The notes: generated by a model not told the origin, from the sequence alone. A stretch of 64,000 bases of DNA from Octopus vulgaris (GCA_951406725.2 OX597829.1:23188001-23252000), one strand, 5' to 3'; positions 1 to 11,787 are shown, counted from the stretch's first letter. A program made the numbers and translations.

Positions 1-412
1 AGTTTAACCAAAAGCTGGTATCTTATAGTCGTGATTCATATCGAGCCCGTCTGACTATTAGCGCGCGTCAACGATGAGTCTACGATTTTAAAAATAATTT
101 AACATCATTTTTTATTCCATTTTAATGCATAAAATGCATCGTGTGTCGATGGCGGCGGAGTTGGCGTCCACGCTCACAGCTGCACCTGTTTGCTTCTCCC
201 CCTTCCCTCCCTCGTGAAGCTGTGGGGAAGGGAGTGTAAAGAAATCAATGTCGTAATGCGTTGTCAAGGAGACCAGCGTTCTTTTAGAACAACGACTTCA
301 TGGCTTGAAGACACCAAAACAAAAATGGCTAAGAAAGCCCGAATTGGCATCTAAAAATGCTTATATAGTTATTTCCCTTACAAACCCGAGCAACGCCGGG
401 CGATACTGCTAG
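1..412 (+). mobile_element. Non-autonomous Helitron (5' end outside window)
   Basis: Ends CCCGAGCAACGCCGGG hairpin + CGATACTG-CTAG followed by T. Near-identical to 413-927 and 51465-51962. Confidence 0.8.
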
Positions 413-927
413 TATATATATATATATAAAACTCTAGTTGTGTGAGTGTCTGTCCCCTTCGATTTAGATTCCTAACTCCTCCCACATTTTGCGGTGCAGT
501 TTAACCAAATTCGGGTATCTTATAGTCGTGATTCATATCGAGCCCGTCTGAGTATTAGCGCGCGTCAACGATGAGTCTACGATTTTAAAATAATTTAACA
601 TCATTTTTTATTCCATTTTAATGCATAAAATGCATCGTGTGTCGATGGCGGCGGAGTTGGCGTCCACGCTCACAGCTGCACCTGTTTGCTTCTCCCCCTT
701 CCCTCCCTCGTGAAGCTGTGGGGAAAGGAGTGTAAAGAAATCAACGTCGTAATGCGTTGTCAAGGAGACCAGCGTTCTTTTAGAACAACGACTTCATGGC
801 TTGAAGACACCAAAACAGAAATGGCTAAGAAAGCCCGAATTGGCATCTCTAAGGGAAGTAACTCTCTAAAAATGCTTATATAGTTATTTCCCTTACAAAC
901 CCGAGCAACGCCGGGCGATACTGCTAG
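413..927 (+). mobile_element. Non-autonomous Helitron, head-to-tail with the previous copy
   Basis: TATATAAAAC.. start, same body, 3' hairpin + CTAG|T. Confidence 0.8.
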
Positions 928-1114
928 TATATATATATATATATATATAATGAAGAAATTATACAAACTGTATACATAGATGATGAGTAAAGCACCTGTA
1001 CAGTTTCGATCACCTGTTGTTATCCGTAGATTTATTGCCGGAACTTCCTATTGGTGGTAGGGGTAACAATATTAATAAAATAGATGGAAAGAGTAATAGA
1101 TTTTATTGGGCACG

Positions 1115-1151
1115 GCACATGTTTCGACCTGTTCTGGGTCTCTTCGGGTAC
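1115..1151 (-). ncRNA. Degenerate minimal hammerhead-like motif
   Basis: Minus strand: GTAC-CCGAAGA-GACC cagaaca GGTC-GAAA-CATGTGC. Core U4 and the cleavage site are degenerate. Confidence 0.35.
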
Positions 1152-1310
1152 ATCAATAAAAAAAGTCTCACTAGAGATTTCCTGATTCGGTTTTATGTAC
1201 CGCTATCTGTTCATCGAATTCGAGAATCAGTAAAAAACCGAGGAAAATTATTGAAACGCAAAAAAATTCAAATATGAACGCGAAAATTATACATTCTAGT
1301 TTAGAGAAAA

Positions 1311-1695
1311 CTAGCAGTATCGCCCGCCGTTACTCGGATTTGTAAGGGAAATAACTATAAAGCATTTTTAGAGAGTTATAGCCAAAAAATAGCAAACAAG
1401 TGGAAAAAAAATGATGGTAAATTTTTTTTGAGAGTTAAAAAGGTGGAGTTGCGTCCCCTAGACAGTCTGTGGTTTGTGTTTCTGATTCTCGACCCCATGT
1501 CGAATTTATCGATTATTTTCAGAACTGGGGGAACTTTTCAAAAATTTTCGCTGCGTTAGTTTTGAATTATGACATTGGGCTATGTGTGTGTCAAGTTTCA
1601 TCAGAATCGGTTGAAAGCCGTGGTCAGGGTGAGGGTACAACCTGACAGACACACAGACACACACAGAGACAAACTGCCGTTTATATAGAGAGAGA
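1311..1695 (-). mobile_element. Non-autonomous Helitron, second 5' body type
   Basis: Shares the 3' ~90 bp (hairpin + CTAG) with 413-927; different 5' part starting TC..TATATAAA; matches 14338-14702. Confidence 0.75.
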
Positions 1696-1810
1696 TGATG
1701 CAATGAGCCATCGTTGTTGTAACTGTTAAGAGAAAGAAGAGGAAGTAGAAGTTGAAAGGAAGATAATACTTGGACGAAAAATGTTTGTGTTCGTGCTTAG
1801 ACGCACATCT

Positions 1811-1926
1811 ACATACACAGATACATACATACATACATACATACATACATACATACATACATACACACATACATACACACACACATACATACATACATAC
1901 ATACATACATACATACATACATACAT

Positions 1927-1959
<33 letters not shown>

Positions 1960-2025
1960 TACATACATACATACATACATACATACATACATACATACAT
2001 ACATACATACATACATACATACATA
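1811..2025. repeat. (ACAT)n/(CA)n microsatellite
   Basis: Directly visible. Confidence 0.95.
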
Positions 2026-2035
2026 CTGCCCGGAA

Positions 2036-2250
2036 TCAGATCGCCATGTTGATTCGCTAGCTTCTGCACGCATTTTTTTTCTCTCCTTGTTTCTTTCCGT
2101 GTTTCTTTTCTGTGTATCTTTCTGTTGAAGAGCGTCGGCTCGAAACGTAAAAGACTTGTTTTATTTATATTCCTGAGCGCCATACTAATACAATTGTTTG
2201 TTTGTACTCCACCTGCCTTCGTCTTTTGTTTATTTTCATAAAGCTTCCCG

Positions 2251-2251
<1 letters not shown>
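2036..2251 (+). mobile_element. ~210-bp Penelope-like non-autonomous repeat with hammerhead-like motif (2117-2154)
   Basis: TCTTT-CTGTTGA-A-GAGC gtcg GCTC-GAAA-CGTA-AAAGA. Related copies at 61397-61604 (-) and 54870-55032 (+). Microsatellite flanks. Confidence 0.6.
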
Positions 2252-2286
<35 letters not shown>

Positions 2287-2454
2287 TAAAAGCAATTAAG
2301 ATTCAAGTCAGTTCTAATGAATTCACTTGAATGCGGTACTTAACTTAGATGCACCAGAAAACTATATGGTGTTAACCATACAATAATGTGGGGTGATTAT
2401 AAACGAGAAAGAAGCAACAAGAATGGATTAATCCATTCTTGTTGCTTCTTTCTC

Positions 2455-2502
<48 letters not shown>

Positions 2503-2679
2503 GTACATATACATACGCACTCACATACGCTGATATTAATACACATACACACACACACATATATATATGTATATATATATATATATAAGTAAGGAAAAAA
2601 ATTTTTTTAAATGCAGAATGCTCAAATGAAAGAAAATTTTAATAAAATGAGAAATTGATAAAATATATAAATATATATT

Positions 2680-2720
2680 TATTCAAACGGTTTTCGTCAT
2701 TGTATGACTTGTCAAGAATA
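2680..2720 (-). ncRNA. Minimal type I hammerhead-like motif, U3-A8 core variant
   Basis: Minus strand: TATTC-TTGACAA-GTCAT aca ATGAC-GAAAA ccg TT-T-GAATA. All three stems pair. Confidence 0.55.
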
Positions 2721-2999
2721 TTTATGTTTTAAAAGGTTTTTTTTAAAAATTAGAAAGGGGAAAAAAAAGAAAATTGCATTGTTTTTTGCAAAAGAATAAT
2801 GATAAAAATGTACAAAAATTAAAAAATAATTACTCCGATACATTGTGAGTTCGTTGTGTATCTTGAGTTTTATGATTGTTCACGAAAAAATTACCTTGAG
2901 GTATTAAGATCCAAAGGGATTAAGAGCATGTGTTGTGTGGTTTAATTCAGCATGTTTGCAGGACGTCCTGCGGTCAACACAACCCCACCATTTATTGAT

Positions 3000-3224
3000 C
3001 TATATATATATATATACACATGCGCACTCAAACACGCGCCTGCACACATACACATACGTACATACATGCACACACACACATAATATTCGTGTTTTGAGTT
3101 CTGATTCCTTGTCTGTATCACGAAACTTATGTATGTATGTATGTATGTATGTATATGTATATGTATGCATATATGTATATATATCTATATATGTGTGTGT
3201 GTCTGTGTGTGTGTATAGTATATA

Positions 3225-3267
<43 letters not shown>

Positions 3268-3595
3268 TGTATGTATGTATGAATAAATGTGTATATGTGT
3301 ATATGTGTATTGATAAGAAGATAGCCAGGCTGGGTTGTGCTGTGATTCCCCCCCCCATCCCCACACGACAACGCCTCATCCCCCCTCCCACCACCACCAC
3401 CACCACCGCCACCAACAAAAGTCTGTAGAAGATACACAGAGTGGCAGATATTTTCTTCGTTTGACGTTTACTTCCAAGTTAGTTTCTATGTAAACAATTG
3501 TTACAGGTCAACTTGAAGTGAAATATGTGTGTGTGTGTGTGTGTGGCGATGAGGAGGGAGGAAGCGATGCCCGTATGGGCGTGCGCGCGCATGCG

Positions 3596-3642
<47 letters not shown>

Positions 3643-4901
3643 TATTAGTTCGTGTGTGTGTGTTTTTATTGTGCTACTGACTGAGTTTATCTAGGGATAT
3701 GCGTGTGTGTGAATGCACGTACGTGTGCATGTATGTATAGTCATGTTTCGGGTTGTCTTTTCCTATTTGTATCACCAAATCTATATATGTATGTATGCAT
3801 GTATGTATGCATGCATGTATGTATGTATGTATGTATGTATGTATGTATGTATGTATGTATGTATGTATGTATGTATGTATGTATGCATGTATGTATGCAT
3901 GTATGTATGTATGTATGGTATGTATGTATGTATGTATGTATGGTATGTATGTATGTATTGTACGTATGTACGTATGTATGTACGTATATATGTATGCATG
4001 TATATATGTATGGACGTGTTTTTATGTACGTAGTTGTTTGTATGAATGTACGTAAATTTGTGTGTGTGTGTGTATGTACGCATGTATGTGTGTATGTGTG
4101 TATGTATGTATGTTTGTATGTGTATATCTGTACGCTTATGTATGGTATGTATGTATGTATGCATGTATGTATGTACGCATGTATATATGTATGCATGTAC
4201 AAAATTTATCTAATTGTATACGTATGTATGGATGGATGTGTCTTTGCATGTGTGTATGTATGTATGCATGCATGTATGCATGTGTATGTATGTATGCATA
4301 TATGTATGTATGCATGCGTATATCTATATATATATATATATCAATGACTCTGCGTTATATGTACGTATATATATATATATATATATATCCACGCTTGTGT
4401 ATGTGTGTGCTTATGTTTGTCCCTGTGCATTTATACTTGTGTATGCGTGTGACGCGTGTAACCATATGTGTATGTTCGTGTTCCTTTGTGTGTTTGTGTG
4501 TGTGCGCTTATATGTGTCTTACAGCATGTGCCTGCTTATATAGGTGCGGTTAGTATATGTACTCATGTATCTATGTCTGCATGTATATATGTATGCATGT
4601 CTATATGTATGTAAGTGCGCATGTATATATATATATATATATATCGAGTCTATCTGTCTGTGACCTATAATCATGTTTATATGCTTATGCGTTTATGTGT
4701 GTATGTGTGTATGTATATATATATATATATATAATATGTGTGTGAGTGTGTTTGTGTGTGTGTGTGTGTATGCCAAAGTATGTCTGCGGTTGCTCGCGCG
4801 GTCGTGGTTGTGTATGTATATATGTGTGTGTGCAAGTGTGTGCGTTAGGTGTGCGGCGCGCGTGTCTGTCTACCCCCTGTACCCCTGCGCTTTTGTTTAA
4901 T

Positions 4902-4935
<34 letters not shown>

Positions 4936-5161
4936 CTGTCTGTCTGTCTGTCTGTGTATGTGTATGTGTGCGTGCGTGTCTATGCTTAAATAGGTGTGTC
5001 AGTATGTAACAGCATGTATATGTGTCAGCATCTATATATTGTCTGGGCCAATGTCTGTGTGCCCTCGCCTGTCTGTCTGTCTCTCTCCCTCTCATTCTCT
5101 CTCCAACTCTCTTTCTTTCCGTTTCTCTCTCTCTCTCTCTTCATCTCTGTATCTATCACTG

Positions 5162-5224
<63 letters not shown>

Positions 5225-5460
5225 GTCCTTCTCTCTTTCTCTGTATATTCATTTCTCTGTGGGGGTTGTGCATGCAGTACGACATATATGAATGTTGCTT
5301 ATTCTTGTATATGTTTATATATATATATATGTATATATGTGTGTGTGTGTGTGTGTATGCGTATACATATGTGTGTGTGTGTTTGTGTGTGTATGCGTGT
5401 AAATATGTGTATGTGTGTCTGTGTATGTGTGTCTGTATGAGCGTGAGTGTGTGCGAGCGC
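3000..5460. repeat. Compound (GTAT)n/(GT)n/(TA)n/(CT)n low-complexity tract
   Basis: Directly visible; source of many spurious MYVC/HTYI ORFs. Confidence 0.9.
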
Positions 5461-6384
5461 ATTACAGCATGGAAAAGGCACAGGCGATGATAAAATATTT
5501 AAATAGATGAATAAATAAATAAATGAACCCGTCTGGTAGAGAAGTTGATATAAGGATTATTCAGTTGAACGTTGGTTAGACGAAGTTAAAGGGAGAGGAG
5601 GAGGAGGAGGGATAACTGGCTGGTTGGTCGGTTGGGCGGTAGGACAGCTTGTTGGCTTTTTGGCTGGCTTACTGGCTAGTTTGTTTGTTTGTTGGTTGGT
5701 TGGTTGGTTGGTGTAACGAACAATTGTGTGACGTTTTGAGCTGAAGAGCAAGAAATGTGGAAACGGAATGGAATAAAGGAAATAAATTGTTAGGTTTGGT
5801 GTAGTCTACAGAAAGACGGAACTGGCTTTCTTCTTTATCTTTTTTTTTTTTTGCTTTGGTGGGTAGGTGAGTGGGGAGTTATTTTTTTTCTTTATACAGA
5901 AGAGGGGTAAGAGAATGGACGAAAAGAGAGAGAGATAGAAAGGCGAGGTCATGAGAGCAAAAGAGAACAGAGAGAGAGAGAGAGAGATAGAGTGAGAGTT
6001 GGGGGCGATAAAGGGCTGGATAGAAAGAAGCTGGGAGGAAAGTGTTCAGAAAAGAAATAAAGAAATAGAGGCGGGAATTCTCACAGTAAAAGACAATTTT
6101 TTTTTTTTAAATTAAAAGAAAAAAAACCCCGACAGTCACGTGCCTGTTAAAGCCATATGTTTGACGGTGCACACGCCAATTATCACGTGACATGTGTATG
6201 ACAGTTTTGGACGGTTGGCCAATTATATGTCCGACACAGCATCTGGCAGCGAGTGTTGTCTCTTCGAAACTACTGCAATTAAAAGCATTTTCTAACGAAA
6301 GAGGTGAAGCTTTAAGTCTACTAACGGCGGTGGAAACTAGTAACCATACAGATAAATACACACACACAAATATATGCATGGAAA

Positions 6385-6489
<105 letters not shown>

Positions 6490-6546
6490 ATGTGTGTGTG
6501 TGTGTGTGTGTGTATTAAAATAAGCAACAAGGATATCCAGAGATAA

Positions 6547-6633
6547 TGCAGTACGATCGTTTCATGCAACTCCATTTAATTGAACAATGCAATCATTACA
6601 TCAATTTAAAATGCAAAGCAATCTTCAGCTGCA
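6547..6633 (-). ncRNA. Type I hammerhead-like motif with long stem II
   Basis: Minus strand: TGCAG-CTGAAGA-tTGC...GCAt-GAAA-CGATCG-TA-CTGCA. Lies in a ~130-bp insert between microsatellite tracts. Confidence 0.6.
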
Positions 6634-6644
6634 CAAAGACATAG

Positions 6645-6682
<38 letters not shown>

Positions 6683-6788
6683 TTTTACATGTTTCACCTT
6701 TGAGGCTGTGGCCATGCTGGGCAACTGCCAGAATAATCCCCTTTTGATTGCCCATTTCTATAGGATTGGGTTTTGGTGAAGGAGGAAG

Positions 6789-7498
6789 GGATCTTTTCCT
6801 TTTGAACGGCAGTTTTCAACACAATTTCTAGTTAACTAAACACTTTTAAACTTCGTATACTGGTAGAATGTGTCAAAATGAAACATTTTTTTCTCTTGGC
6901 TTTCTTGAGAAAATTGTAATTTGTAAGTTTAACGTAGTTTAATTTTTCGAATTTTAACCAATCCTATGCCCTCGATTGAGCTAAAATCATTTGCTGCGTC
7001 TAAAACAGACAACATCCTGTCAGTAACCCTCACCCTAACCCTAACCATAACCCTAAATTTTAGCCTTTCGTTTTTTTTTCTTAATTGTTAAATTAATTTA
7101 AGGATAACAATTAAGAAAAAAAACGAAAGGCTAAAACGAAAGCAAAAACTCAAAATAAAAACAAAACGAATAATTTTAGACACACGCGTAACAAATTAAT
7201 TTAACAATTAAGAAAAAAAACGAAAGGCTAAAATTTAGGGTTATGGTTAGGGTTAGGGTTAGTGACAGGATGTTGTCTCAGTTTTAGACGCAGTAAATGA
7301 TTTTAGCTCAATCGAGGGCATAGGATTGGTTAAAATTCGAAAAATTAAACTACGTTAAACTTACAAATTACAATTTTCTCAAGAAAGCCAAGAGAAAAAA
7401 ATGTTTTATTTTGACACATTCTTCCAGTATACGAAGTTTAAAAGTGTTTAGTTAACTAGAAATTATGTTGAAAACTGCCGTTCAAAAGGAAAAGATCC
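6789..7498. mobile_element. Foldback MITE with ~300-bp inverted arms containing (CCCTAA)n, 8-bp TSD
   Basis: GGATCTTTTC...GAAAAGATCC termini; GGAGGAAG at 6781-6788 and 7499-7506. Confidence 0.9.
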
Positions 7499-7529
7499 GG
7501 AGGAAGTTCGATACTGCTGCCCTCTTTTG

Positions 7530-8700
7530 AGTTTCCTGCCTTGATATTGGTTCATCTGGGATCTTGGGTAGTAAGAGATCAAGGTGTTTTTTTGAAAACA
7601 TCTACTCCCACTCCATGGAGATCCCTCAGATGCTTTGGCAAGGAGTTAAATAGCTGTGGGCCTTTGAATCCCTAGCTATTGCAGTATATGGTCCCCGCCT
7701 TAGATGAGACAACTGGGACTTTTGGAACAGTGCAGTGACGTCCATTTGGAGGTCTAGTATACCTCTCAATTCCAAAGTTTGGTGCCAGCCCCTCCAGTAT
7801 CTTCTACACATATATTACTGCATGCCTCTCCCGTCTTCGCTCCAGGGAGTAGAGTCGTAGCTCTTTCAGTCTCTCCCAGTCTCTTTCAGTCTCTCTCGGA
7901 TGTTCCATTGATGCAAACTTCCTCGTGCAGTATCACGAACCGCCTCAAGTTCTGCTATTAATCTTAGAGTGTAAGGTGACCACAGTTGAGAGCAATAGTC
8001 CAGACGGCTGAGGACAAACGTCCTCCATAGGACCAACATAGATTCCTGGTCCTTTTTTCTAAAGGTTCTCGACTCCATCCGGTCATTCACCTGCACACTG
8101 CCACCATCTTGGTGACATGCATGTGAAATGAGGTATCGTTGCTAATATCAATCTCAAGATCAGCACTGTATGCGATTCTAGGATTGCCGTTCCTTTTGGT
8201 CCAAAGTATCGTTGTTGTGACTTCTGAGCACCAATTAGCTTGTAGCGGAGGGCTTGGAATTTGCCTGCATTAAATTGTATGTTGTTGTCCTCAGCTCATT
8301 TATATATGGTATCTAGAGCTTTCTGTAGAAGATCAGCATCAGAAGGCTCCTTGACAACTTGTACTACTTTTGTGTCGTCGGTATAGCTAGTAAGAGGCTA
8401 TCTGTGTAACTGATGGCATGTCTGAAAGATCCACCATAAACAGTAGCGGTCCCAATACAGTTTCCTGAGGTACTCAACTTTCTATTAATGTCTCCGGGGA
8501 GAGGGCTCGGTTGGTTGCTACTACCTGGCTTCTGTCTTTTAAGAAGTCATGCAACCACTCACCGATTTTCCCCATTTATGTCGAGTCTCCGTAGTTTGTG
8601 ATATATCATCCCATGATCAACCTTATCAAAGGCCTTTGCAAAGGCAAGATACATTTGAGCGATTCATTAATTGTCTCAACAGCCAGTAAAAATGTTGCAA
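7530..8700 (-). pseudogene. Degraded LINE reverse transcriptase (CR1/L2-group like)
   Basis: Minus-strand fragments FAKAFDKVDHG, VPQETVLGPLLF, YTDDTKV, LWRTFVLSRLDYCSQLWSPY with stops and frameshifts. Confidence 0.85.
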
Positions 8701-8729
8701 AAGCTATATATATATATATAAGGTGTGTT

Positions 8730-9052
8730 ATGAGTATTTATAGAGCAAATACCCTGTAGAAACTCAACAAACTTATTAAAGATGGAGAAGATGTTAAAAT
8801 TTTTAAAAATCTAATCCATGCATACGATCATTTCAAACAGCAATATTAACATGTAAATAACATGGTTAAAAAAATAGAAATTAATTTAATTATAAATATA
8901 TTAATTACAGATTACTGTTCTCTTCATGTTAATATTACTGTTTGAAACGATCGTGTGCGTGGATTAAATTCTTTTAAAATTTTTAACATCTCTTTTCCAT
9001 CTTGAATAGTTTGTTGAGTTTCTATAGGATATTCGTTGTATAAAATACTCAG
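8730..9052. repeat. Imperfect inverted repeat (~120-bp arms) containing a hammerhead 3' half
   Basis: Arms ~8730-8853 and ~8925-9052; GAAACGATCGT at ~8945. Confidence 0.7.
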
Positions 9053-9240
9053 CATTTTCATATTCGAAAAATTCTTACAACAGTAAACTACCAATGAAAT
9101 ATGAAGAATCTTTATTAGAAATCGACCTTTGCAACCCCCACCCCAAGTAAAGGATGAAATAGAACTCAATCTTTTCTCATATACACACAAACACACACAG
9201 ACACACACACACATACACACACACACACATACACACACAT

Positions 9241-9358
<118 letters not shown>

Positions 9359-9394
9359 GTATGTATGTATATATGTATGTATGTATGTATATTC

Positions 9395-9772
9395 TTTTAT
9401 TCTTTTATTTGTTTCAGTCATTCAACTGCGGCCATGCTGAAGACCGCCTCTAGTCGTACAAATCGACCCCAGGACTTATTCTTTGTAAGCCTAGTACTTA
9501 TTCTATAGGTCTCTTTTGCCGAACCGCTAGGTTACGGGGACGTAAATATACCAACATCGGTTCTGAAGCGATGGTGGGGACAAACACAGACACAAAAACA
9601 TACACACATACACATATATATACGACAGGTTTTTTTCAGTTTCCGTCCACCAAATCCACTCACAAAGCTTTGGTCAGCCCGATGCTATAGTAGAAGACAC
9701 TTACCCAAGGTGCCACACAGTGGAATTGGACCCGGAACCATGTAGTTGGTAAGCAAGCTACTTACCACACAA
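9395..9772 (-). mobile_element. tRNA-derived SINE family A (CORE-like, internal microsatellite)
   Basis: Reverse complement of GTGTGGTAAG..GGTTCCGGGT..GGCACCTTGGG.AAGTGTCTT..TGAAACAA.TAAAAGA. Confidence 0.85.
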
Positions 9773-10159
9773 CCATATATATATGTATGTACGTAAATTT
9801 TTTTAACCGGTGGATCTTGAAGCCAATAAAGCTATAGTTAATAGCATATAAGTGTTGAATTAGAAACCTTTTGAATAGAAAAAATCGAAGGCTGCCCTTT
9901 GGACACGAACCCACATCCTCTGTAAACACGACTGGCTTTTTACCATTGGGCCAAAACAATTCTCCGAGTTACTCTATCCTTCGGTTTAATTTTTTTACTC
10001 AATATTTAACGCTATTATTCAAAGATTTATTCGCTTCGGGATTCACCTTTCGAAAAAAATTATTATTATTTCACTTGCTCTTGAAGTTTCTAACCTCTAA
10101 AACTAACATCATACAGTTCTTGGTCGTAAAAATAAGGTTTTTAAACTGGCGAAATTCCA

Positions 10160-10398
10160 AAGGATTGTTTTGGTAGAACAGTAGAACACCTATCATATCT
10201 ACAGGAGATGTGGATTTTGTGTCCCATGGATAGAGAAATTGAAAGGATTGCTGTGGTAGAAAGGTAGAATACCAATCATATGTACAAAAGATGTGGGTTT
10301 TGAGTCGCAAGGATAGAGAAATTGAAGGGACTGTTTTAGTTGAATGATAGAACAGCTGTTATATCTACAGGAGATGTAGGTTTGAGTCCAAGGGGTTA
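10160..10398. mobile_element. Three ~84-bp subterminal repeats ending GGGGTTAA; possible piggyBac-like element end
   Basis: Units start at ~10161, 10244 and 10328; terminal GGGGTTAA. Confidence 0.45.
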
Positions 10399-10516
10399 AA
10401 AAGTTGGATTACATAATATTTAAAGCTACTATTGGTAGCTTTCTTTGCTTCGAGCTGCACCGCTCCAAAAAGATTTATTTTACATTCTGTCGAAATTTAT
10501 AAATTCTTATGACGTA

Positions 10517-10614
<98 letters not shown>

Positions 10615-10619
10615 GTATA

Positions 10620-10697
<78 letters not shown>

Positions 10698-10710
10698 AGA
10701 AAGAGAGAGA

Positions 10711-10961
10711 GATAAATTAAGAAATGGAGTCAAAATGCAGGTGTTATTCAAATCTTTATATTTCCAACATATGTTTCGAAGAAAGCATTGATATTATTCC
10801 GGAGATGATGTAAAACAATGCAATCATCCCTGTCGAGATGATTGCATTGTTTTATATCATCTTATTCCCTCCGGAATAATATCAATGCTTTCTTTGAAAC
10901 ATATGTCGGAAGTATAAAGATTTGAATAACACCTGCGTTTGACTCCATTTCTTAATTTATC
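10711..10961. repeat. Near-perfect hairpin (~110-bp arms) containing a hammerhead 3' half
   Basis: GATAAATTAAGAAATGGAGTC... / ...GACTCCATTTCTTAATTTATC; GAAACATATGTC in the right arm. Confidence 0.85.
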
Positions 10962-11500
10962 CATGTTATACAAAGACATTTCACTTAACTCTGGAATTTC
11001 AACCTTAAAAGTAGGCTGTAACATCCTTGGCACTTATGTGAACTTTTGCTACCCTGGTAACTATTTATTTATATATTTATATATATAATGATCGCCCATC
11101 TTTGTCGAAGTTGAGCAGAGCATCACAGGGGAAGAAGAAGCTGGATCACGGTACATCTAGTTGTAGCTGTCTAGTCCGATGCATGCTCGGAGGGTTCTGG
11201 TTTTCGGCTGGGAATGAAAGCAAGTAGTTGGCTCTGGATTTGTGCAGCTCATGTTTTCTTTGTACTCCTGCGATCCTATTCTGATCGAAGGAGGTGATAC
11301 CTTTGTTGGGGCAGCTATGCCAGACAGGACCACCATGTCTGGCATAGCTGCCATTTTACATTCTCTCGAAGTTTATAGATTCTTAAGACAACAATATATA
11401 TAAATATATTATATTTATATATATATTTATTGGCTAAACTGGCATAATGACCATTCCTAAATACAACAATATATATATATATATATTTCTGGTGATTATC

Positions 11501-11545
11501 ACACACTGAAGACGGGTAACTACTCAGAAACCCGGGCCTCTGTGT
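11501..11545 (+). ncRNA. Hammerhead-like motif with imperfect stem III
   Basis: ACACA-CTGAAGA-cGGGT aact ACTCa-GAAA-CCCGGG-cc-TC-TGTGT. Confidence 0.4.
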
Positions 11546-11715
11546 ATCACATAAGGCTAATCAGACGCAGTCTGTGTGTCGTTAGCCAGTTTGAGGAGAT
11601 GTCTTCCTGTGGCTAAAACCAATAGTAACATCGTCCTCTATGGGACCGCCGAATTTAGTTGGCAAATATATTTTACGATTCCGAACTATTACTGTTTACC
11701 TTTTGCTCAGGGATA

Positions 11716-11787
<72 letters not shown>

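Noticed and set aside
686-883. 65-aa ORF repeated at 51658-51918 as a host gene
   Set aside because: Lies inside near-identical Helitron copies, starts at a non-ATG codon and has no recognisable domain.
1601-5490. Many ORFs rich in MYVC, HTYI, CV and LS
   Set aside because: Translations of stop-free microsatellites; the same applies to similar ORFs throughout the window.
7024-7262. Telomere or chromosome fusion site
   Set aside because: Only a few imperfect CCCTAA units, placed symmetrically inside a TSD-flanked MITE.
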